A DNA stretch of 63,326 nucleotides, filler included, from Intoshia linei (Eukaryota; Animalia; Orthonectida): assembly GCA_001642005.1 (NCBI GenBank). It is 8 parts of 8 records of this genome, joined end to end, with 100 filler letters (N's around TTAATTAATTAA, not from the genome) between each part and the next. Parts side by side here need not be neighbours in the genome. Positions count along the whole stretch, not along the records: positions 52,601 to 61,046 come from LWCA01001455.1; positions 61,147 to 63,326 come from LWCA01002365.1; 6 more parts are not named here. The stretch is one strand, 5' to 3'. The number at the start of each line of letters is the position of its first letter. Positions within the stretch are counted from its first letter, which is position 1. The notes below the pieces were generated by a model that was not told where the DNA came from, did no database searches, and saw nothing but the letters and a program-made list of their open reading frames with translations. This document shows positions 55,888 to 63,326 of this stretch, piece by piece. A program made the position numbers and the translations under genes.

Positions 55888-57900
55888 TGATTGAATTTAA
55901 AGAAATAATTGACAAAATGGCGTGTATACTGGAGAGAATTGAAAATAATTCAATTTGCCCTGATGCTATTGAATTAGTATGTCTTATATTACATAAATAA
56001 GATTGTTATAAAAATTTAGAACGATAAATATATGAAAGACTGTATTTCAGCATTATTCGTAATAAAAAGCAATTTTGCAACAGATTCGTTTTATATTGGA
56101 TTTATAAAATACACAATGGGTATTATCTACAATACAACAAAAGGTAATTCATTTCACCTAAAGTACATTGTAGTACTTTTTACTTTTACTGTTACTTTTT
56201 AGTATACAATATATTTACCTACTAAAATAATATTAATAATTTGCTTAGAACACCCTTATCAAGTAATCAAGCACTTTAATGAAGCTTTAGATCTTTATTT
56301 GGAATCAAATGTACTATCAGAAAAAAATGATCGCTATCAAAAATCCATGAAAGAAAGTTATCAAATGCAAGTCCATCTATGCGAAAGCTACTTAAAAACC
56401 AAAAAATATCCTTTTCTTTAAAATTATTTATGTTTATTTACCTTACAGAGAAATTACTGCATGGATCATAAAACATGGAGTCGATACGAAACTGTTCTAA
56501 TTTTGAATGTTTTATGGCGCAATGGTTAATGATCATATGTTACTATTTATTTCACTGGAAAGCGTTGTTATTTTTATTATTACACAACTATTCTTAACAA
56601 AATTGACGAACATAAAAAAAATAGGAATTAAAGATTTTTTTCTGAGATATGAAAAATTGCGTACCAATGAAAAAAAACCGAAGGAATCAATTTATGAGAT
56701 TTACATCCATATTTCTTTATTGAAAATGTGTAGACGTTCAATGACATTTTTTTGAAATTTTAGGATCAATACACTTACATTAGATGTGTGAATTTTAATA
56801 GGTGTTTTGGAAATTTTATTATGCAAGAACGGATAAAGTCGCGTAGTATAGTTTTATGGCTACATTGCAAAAAAATGATTTTGGAGAATTTTTTGCCGAG
56901 ACGCTTGCCATTTTGAAAATTTCATACAAAAGTGTTCTACAAAACTAAAATATAACTTTATTTACTGAAATGTTAAGAATCATAATGAGATATTGTATAT
57001 ATGTTTTGAGTGGTCTTGTGTTGATCGTCATATTTGGTTGTTCACTTTGTATCTTTAAATTCAATTTTATCTCATTTATTTTGTTTTTATATAGTTAGTT
57101 AAAATTTTTACAATGAAAAACGATAAGAATTTTAAACATGGCTAAAATAAAAAACAAACGAGGTACATCGTGAAAATTAACTTTTTTGGGTTTACAATGG
57201 ATGATTTTAAAATATACCCACAATTTATGTTGTATAAAAATTTAGCACATTTTTAATTTTTAAAAGAAGGGTAATTTTGGGATTTGGGCGTGACCATATA
57301 AGATTTTGAAAATTGAATTTATCATAATGTGGATAATTATAAAATCTTTATTAGATTGTGTATTTTTTATAATTCTAGGACTGGTTTTAATTTTAAAAAA
57401 AAAATAATTTTGGTTTTTGCCTTGAAGGATTTAATTTCTAAAAATATGTAAGACAAAATTTATGATAAAACAACCCTCTTGAAAAATTGTATTAGAAATG
57501 AGTATTCTTAAAACTCTACGCCTATTATTTTCTTAAATAAATGATAACAGACAAATTAATAAACACATACATTTTTAACTAAATTACTTTAAGGATAATG
57601 ATTATTTCCTTAACATTAATTTTAAAAAGTGTATCCATCAAGGCCACAATGCTCAAAACACATTGAAAAAATTAAAAAATTATAATTCTTCTGCAAACAT
57701 CAATTTGAAACAACGATGCATTCTATGTTTGGCCAGGTATTATTATTTTTATTGTTATGGTTAGTTTGTTTGTAATTAGTTACTCAGTATAAATTCCAAT
57801 TAAGTGATGTTAACGATAAAAGGACGCATTGTACATTATACAGGAATTCTTAACTTTTTTTTTCGTGGTCATATTATCAGCTTTTGGTTGGTTGTTATAG
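55888..57900 (+). CDS. Unknown helical (possibly TPR-like) protein, multi-exon
   Basis: Open exons with GT-AG borders: MIEFKEIIDKMACILERIENNSICPDAIEL | NDKYMKDC...IKYTMGIIYNTTK | EHPYQVIKHFNEALDLYLE... | ...CILCLA. Divergent from PYCR. 3' end not resolved. Confidence 0.45.
57230..57570 (-). mobile_element. Old Helitron-family fragment in an intron
   Basis: aaaagaagggtaattttggg...aacagacaaa...aaacacatac is the reverse complement of the Helitron 5' half. Confidence 0.5.
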
Positions 57901-58962
57901 TTCTGATTTCCTTGATGGGTTTACCATATTTTTTGTACATTTTTATTTAAATTCAATGTAGCTCATTTATTCTGTTTTTTACAAAATTATTTCGAGGTTT
58001 GTTTAAAAAATTTAGATTAATTATAAGGAATTCAAACATTAAAACCCAAAATAGATGAGCCATAACTTAAAAATAATATGTAAAAAAACTTTCTCTAAAA
58101 ACACAATAATTACAATTTGCTAATAATCTTTATAATGTTTTTCAAAATACAATATACTCTCTACAATTGACCAGGTGTGTAGTTTGCGAACCTCATACCA
58201 TGTAAAATCTGCATAACCATAAATTTTTTAGTCAAATTAACTTATTCAGATTATAGTCAATCATGGGATCAAGGTATGCAAAATATTGTAATAAAAATTA
58301 ATACATGTAATTTATATATGGTTTATAACATGTCCACTGCATACTAAGGCTATTCCATTTAAAAAATATAAAAATGACATATATAGAAAATAAGCACCGC
58401 TTAATTTGCTGCAGAATGATATTAATAGTTTTAATTTTTATCCAAAAAAACCTCCGCGTCTTGAAGTTTAAAGTTTTCATTTTATGATTTCTGTTAATTT
58501 ATTGAAAATTTTAATAAACCGTTGTTTTGTTAATAAAGTTAAATAATATTTATTTTCAATTTATAAATTTCATCTAAAGTGGCCAGAAAAATACGTGCTA
58601 TCACTTTTAGTTTATTTAGAATAAATTTATGCTAAAAATTTTTATTCGTCATCAATGATGATGACTCATCATAAATAAGTAGTGTTGGCTTTACATTTAT
58701 CACCAAATAAATTTTATCTGAATTTATAAAACTTTTAGAAATGTCGAATATTGAAATGATTTCAGTATTTGAAAGTTTACAAGAAATCTCCGAAATATTT
58801 TCATATTTTGTTGAATCAAACGGTATAATAATGACCATTGAACCTTGTGAAAGATCATTTTCGACATTAATTAATGTTAGTAAATTAACTATTAAAGTTC
58901 AAAATATATGTTCAAAAACTATAAACAAATTTAATTCATATTTGTTTGTAAATTCAATTTAA

Positions 58963-59130
58963 CCCTTTCACGGTCTGATGCAATTTTATGTACTATCACT
59001 ACACGTCTGGAATTTATGTTTTAACTTGTATTATTTTTAAATTACCTATGTGAAAATTTATGAAAATAATAGAATAAAGTAATTCAAAATTATGCTGTGT
59101 ATAGTATAGAATACACAGACAGTGAAAGGG
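58963..59130. mobile_element. piggyBac MITE (168 bp)
   Basis: TTAA|CCCTTTCACGGTCTG ... CAGACAGTGAAAGGG|TTAA. Confidence 0.85.
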
Positions 59131-60329
59131 TTAAATTCGTATCAATTTTCTATGTAAAAAAATAATTAAGAAATATAAATAGGAGTTAAAAGTTAATTTA
59201 CGTTATTTTGGTAGTAAATACTTTATTTTAGTAAATTACACACAAATTGTACTTTATTATAAAAGTGAAAAAAGAATTTTAAAAATTAGAAGGCCCATTC
59301 TCTACACTAAATAGCAAAAATTAAAATGATAAATTTGATTTATTTTTTTGGTTTAATGTTGAGCATAAATCCTATATTTTACAATAATTATAAAATATCT
59401 GCCAAAAAAATTATATTTAAAAACTATTTATAGACGCTTTGATGTATGTTAGATAAAAATTTGTTTATACAAAATATTAAGTATAAATATAAATCGACAT
59501 ATCTAGTTTTGTATAGAATAAAAATAGACCAATTTCGATTTGTTACGTTGATAAAATAATTTCTTATCATATACATGTAAAAAATTAATTTTAATTAAAA
59601 AATAAGCTGAGATAATTGATAAAATCAAAATCAAAAAAATTTTATAACGCCAAAACTTCCAATTATAGTTATTTTAAAATAAATATTTACACATTTTCAA
59701 TAAAACTCTGAAATTTTAATGTGATGTGAGATAGTTACATATGCATCTTATTTGAAAAGGAATTTAGAAATAAGCATCGTTAAAATATCATTCTGAGACT
59801 TTTAAATACTGTAACGCTAATAAGTTTAAATTGAAATTAATTAAATGAATCAATCAATTGATATAAATATGACCAATACAACTGAACATTGTTCCAATTG
59901 CGCGAAAAAGACAAAGAATAACAATGAAGTTAAGAAAAATGATAGAGAAAGGAAAAAAAATTATAGAAGAAGGTATATAATTATTATTGTTTTATCTACT
60001 AATTGAAAAACTATTATACATTATTGTACATTCAATTAAGTTTTAACTAATAATAATTAACACCAAACCTAATATTCTCTATGCTCATAAAAAAATTCTT
60101 TAATTTCGAAAGAATGTCGAGGTTCTCCAAGTAGGAATTATTAGGATCTCATAATAATAAATGACAAATAAATAATATATTATCACATTAATCAAAATGT
60201 CAGTACTTCAATATGATAAAATTATGTAGTATGTAAGGCACACTTTAAAAAGTGCGCATTAAGGATAATTATAAAAACAAGACAAAATTGAGAATACAGA
60301 AATTCTGGTTAAAACAAAAAAATAAATTA

Positions 60330-61046
60330 ATTAATCCAACACCTTATATGTCACTACAAACTTTAGGTAAAGCAAAGTCAAGGTTGATTAAAGCACTCCC
60401 TAAAAACTAAAGTAATTGGCCCATAATAATGAATGAAGTTTTGAAGGAAAAGTTTGATTCAAATATTTGAAACTGAACTAACAATGAAGGATAAAATTGT
60501 AATGTTTTTTCAAAATCCTGACATTTCATGGATATCACCGAACCAAACAAAGACTATTATAAAATGTGGTATTAAAAAAGTGATTCCTCGGATGTACTTG
60601 ATGTATTATCTTAGAGAAGCACATACTATATTTTGTAAAGATGAAAAAATTATTGGCTTTAGTAATTTCTGTAAATTGCGTCCTGATAACGTCTTTCTCA
60701 TGAATAATTATCCAACAAAAAGAATAACAAACGATAATTAATATATATAATACGATATATATAATAATAATAATAAATATATAATACTATAATACGATAA
60801 CGAATAACAAAATGAAATTGAAGCTGGTTTGTGGGCACGCACACAGGTGAATATATTTACCACGGCAGTATTTGACTCTACAAAAACACACCTTTTTGCT
60901 TTGTGTACCGATAATGGAGACAAAGGGAAAAATGCTGTTAGAACATATTTAAATCAAATGTTTGATATGTATAAAAAACAAAACTGTAATCGTATGGTCT
61001 GATGGACCATACGGTGAATTTAAAAATAAATATCTTGTACAGACAT
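60330..61046 (+). pseudogene. Sola2-like DNA transposase remnant
   Basis: FFQNPDISWISP...RMYL...LREAH..F...IGFSNFCKLRP and downstream WSDGPYGEFKNKY (cf. SDGxxxQFKN). An internal deletion lies between them. Confidence 0.6.
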
Positions 61047-61146
61047 NNNNNNNNNNNNNNNNNNNNNNNNNNNNNNNNNNNNNNNNNNNNTTAATTAATT
61101 AANNNNNNNNNNNNNNNNNNNNNNNNNNNNNNNNNNNNNNNNNNNN

Positions 61147-61370
61147 AGGAAGTGGAATTAGAATCTATTGATCATATGCCTACAATAATTCCTGATAAAA
61201 AATCACTATTATGTTCTTATTGTGTACAAACAGGTGTAAAATCTCGAATGAGATATCAATGCAATGCCTGTTTAAATAGAAAGGGTTCATATATGGCACT
61301 TCATCCTCACTGTTTCAAGAATCATCATTCAAATCGATTCAATATGAGCGATTCAGATTCTGTATCATAA
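61147..61370 (+). pseudogene. piggyBac transposase C-terminal cysteine-rich domain
   Basis: HMP...CSYC...RMRYQCNAC...LHPHCFKNHH; cut by the spacer at its 5' side. Confidence 0.7.
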
Positions 61371-62228
61371 ATGTAAATATAATTTTAAATTAAATTTTTA
61401 ATTATTTTTTTGTTTTTAATATACCTTATTTTATAGTCGGTTCAAATTTACATTTGGCTTCTTTTATAAAAAAAAAAAGCGGACTTTGTCCATCTTTTAA
61501 AAGATTGGCAAACTGTATAAAAAAATTAGACAAATGAAATGAATTGGTGAAAATTTCTTAGTATCAATCTTTTTCAATCCAAATATCAACAATCTGGACA
61601 GCCTAATTAAAATCAATTTAAGAATTAAATTATAAATTTTTATTGTAATAATAAATTAAATTTGTAATTAAAACACAGTAAACTCTGGATTTTAAAGAAT
61701 ATTCCAAAAAATTGTAAATTTCAATTTGGTTTAAATTTATTTTTTCAACTAAATGCTCTTTTTAAATTTTAAAGAGTTATAGACATATTTATGACTTTGT
61801 ACTAATATTTTATTCAAATTTAACTATTTAGGAATTGAATGACTTACGACGTCATGAGTTGCGATATCTTTGTGTTTTCAGGAAATTTAAATTTTAGATA
61901 ATTAATGTCGTTAATAATAATAAACATTTTCGATGTAACACATACATTAAAATTAATCTTTACTGATTTTAGGTGTTCTGTTAGAATTCTTTAGTATTTA
62001 TTTTTAATTGATTCCGTTTATTTTTTATATAAATGCGTAAATATCTGGTATTTAACGAATGCGTAAATTCAATATTATTTTATTTTTTTAGTTGTTTTTT
62101 TAAATATTGTTATGGTTTTATGGCTTTAAATATTAGATCGACTCTTTTATGAAGTCATGGCATTTTTTTACATAATAAAAAGTTTAATTATTTGTAATTA
62201 TTAAATATAATTTTGATATATTTAAGAC

Positions 62229-63326
62229 ATGTGTGCAGCAGCAAATAACAAAAAAAATTACCAGAAAAACATACAATATCTCAAAAATTGGATGTAATCA
62301 ATTACAAAAAAAATAATCCATCAATGACTCATGAAGAATTGAAACGAAAATTCTCAATGCCTGTGGGAGTTATCAATGGTATATTAAAGTCAAAACATAA
62401 ATATTACAACATTAAAAAAGAAAACATAGCAAAGAAGAATATAATAAGCCCAAATGTTGCAAAAGTTATTTATGAACCACTATATGAGTGGATTGAAAAC
62501 AGACGATCCAATTCTCACAGAGTGACTAATGATATGATAAAAAATTATGGCACTTAAAATAGAAGAGCGTCTCAATATTAAAAATTTCAAAGCTTTAAGT
62601 ACGTGGATAAGACAGTTTAAAGTAAATTTCGGTCTAAAATCAAGAACCATTTCCAGTGAAGAGGAACTAGTTGATCCTATTATTTTACAAAGTACATTTG
62701 TAGATTTTGTTGAAAAATCCAAAAAATATTCTCCTCGAGATATTTTCAACTGTGATGAAACAGGCCTTCTATATAAATGTCCATCAAAAAATACACTGGT
62801 TCTCAAAACGGAATAACGCGCCTCAGGCAATTTTTCAAAGGAACGCATTACAATAATTTTTTGTGCAAATAAGATAGGCGAAAAAATAGCTACTTTAGTA
62901 ATTGGTAAATTTAAATCGCCACATGGTTTTAAGAACATTGACATGGAAGTTTTAGGGTTGGAATATACTTACAGTCGAAAATCTTGGATGACACGTCTTA
63001 TATTCCGAAATTGGTTACACAAGATTAATGAAAAAATGATTAAAGGAAACGGAAAAATACTGCTTGTGCTAGATAATGCATCCGTGCATTACGTAGATAA
63101 CAATTATAGTAACATAGAGTTTCATTATTTTCCACCAAATTGCACATCAAAAATCCAACCTATAGACCAAGGAATTATTCATTCTTTTAAATCTAATTAT
63201 AGAAAAAAATTTTTAAGAAATCTGAGTATGATGAATGGAAGTGATGAAATATTTTTTATGGATCAAATATAGAAATTCAAATTGTTAAATGCTCTTCCAC
63301 TTATAATTGAATCATGGAATACTGTA
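62229..63326 (+). pseudogene. Tigger/pogo transposase (CENP-B HTH + DDE_1), decayed
   Basis: LYEWIENRR, FKALSTWIRQFK, IFNCDETGL, SKERIT, KSWMT..IF..WL, ILLVLDNASVH, FPPNCTSKIQPIDQGII; frameshifts and an in-frame stop at 62814-62816. Confidence 0.9.

Noticed and set aside
58632-58962. Overlapping ORFs on both strands next to the piggyBac MITE
   Set aside because: They may include an exon, but there is no recognisable family or clear splice structure.

Overview
Very AT-rich animal (metazoan) nuclear DNA with tiny GT-AG introns (about 30-60 bp) alongside a few kb-sized introns filled with transposons. The style fits a compact-genome invertebrate such as an orthonectid; this is an inference I cannot verify. 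The window is eight contigs joined by identical 100-bp spacers (44 N + TTAATTAATTAA + 44 N), and genes are cut at these joins. By splicing exons by hand I recognise these host genes: a highly divergent ryanodine receptor (minus strand, running off the window start and up to the first spacer, mostly missed by the ORF track); one 3-kb exon of a probable separase; tRNA-Arg(CCG); a complete MEK1/2 (MAP2K1); a membrane-anchored histidine acid phosphatase-like protein that appears to lack its catalytic HD motif; a secreted SUEL-type lectin (partial); IDH3A (partial); a probable SLC5 symporter (partial); PYCR; and an unknown helical protein. Much of the remaining sequence is decayed mobile DNA: many copies of one non-autonomous Helitron, Buster-type hAT MITEs, an intron-containing Chapaev3-like element nested in a related CACTA MITE, Tc1, pogo/Tigger, piggyBac, Sola2-like and RTE-like LINE remnants. 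I found no convincing new multi-gene system. The best leads are the divergent RyR, the putative pseudo-phosphatase and the nested, intron-bearing transposon.
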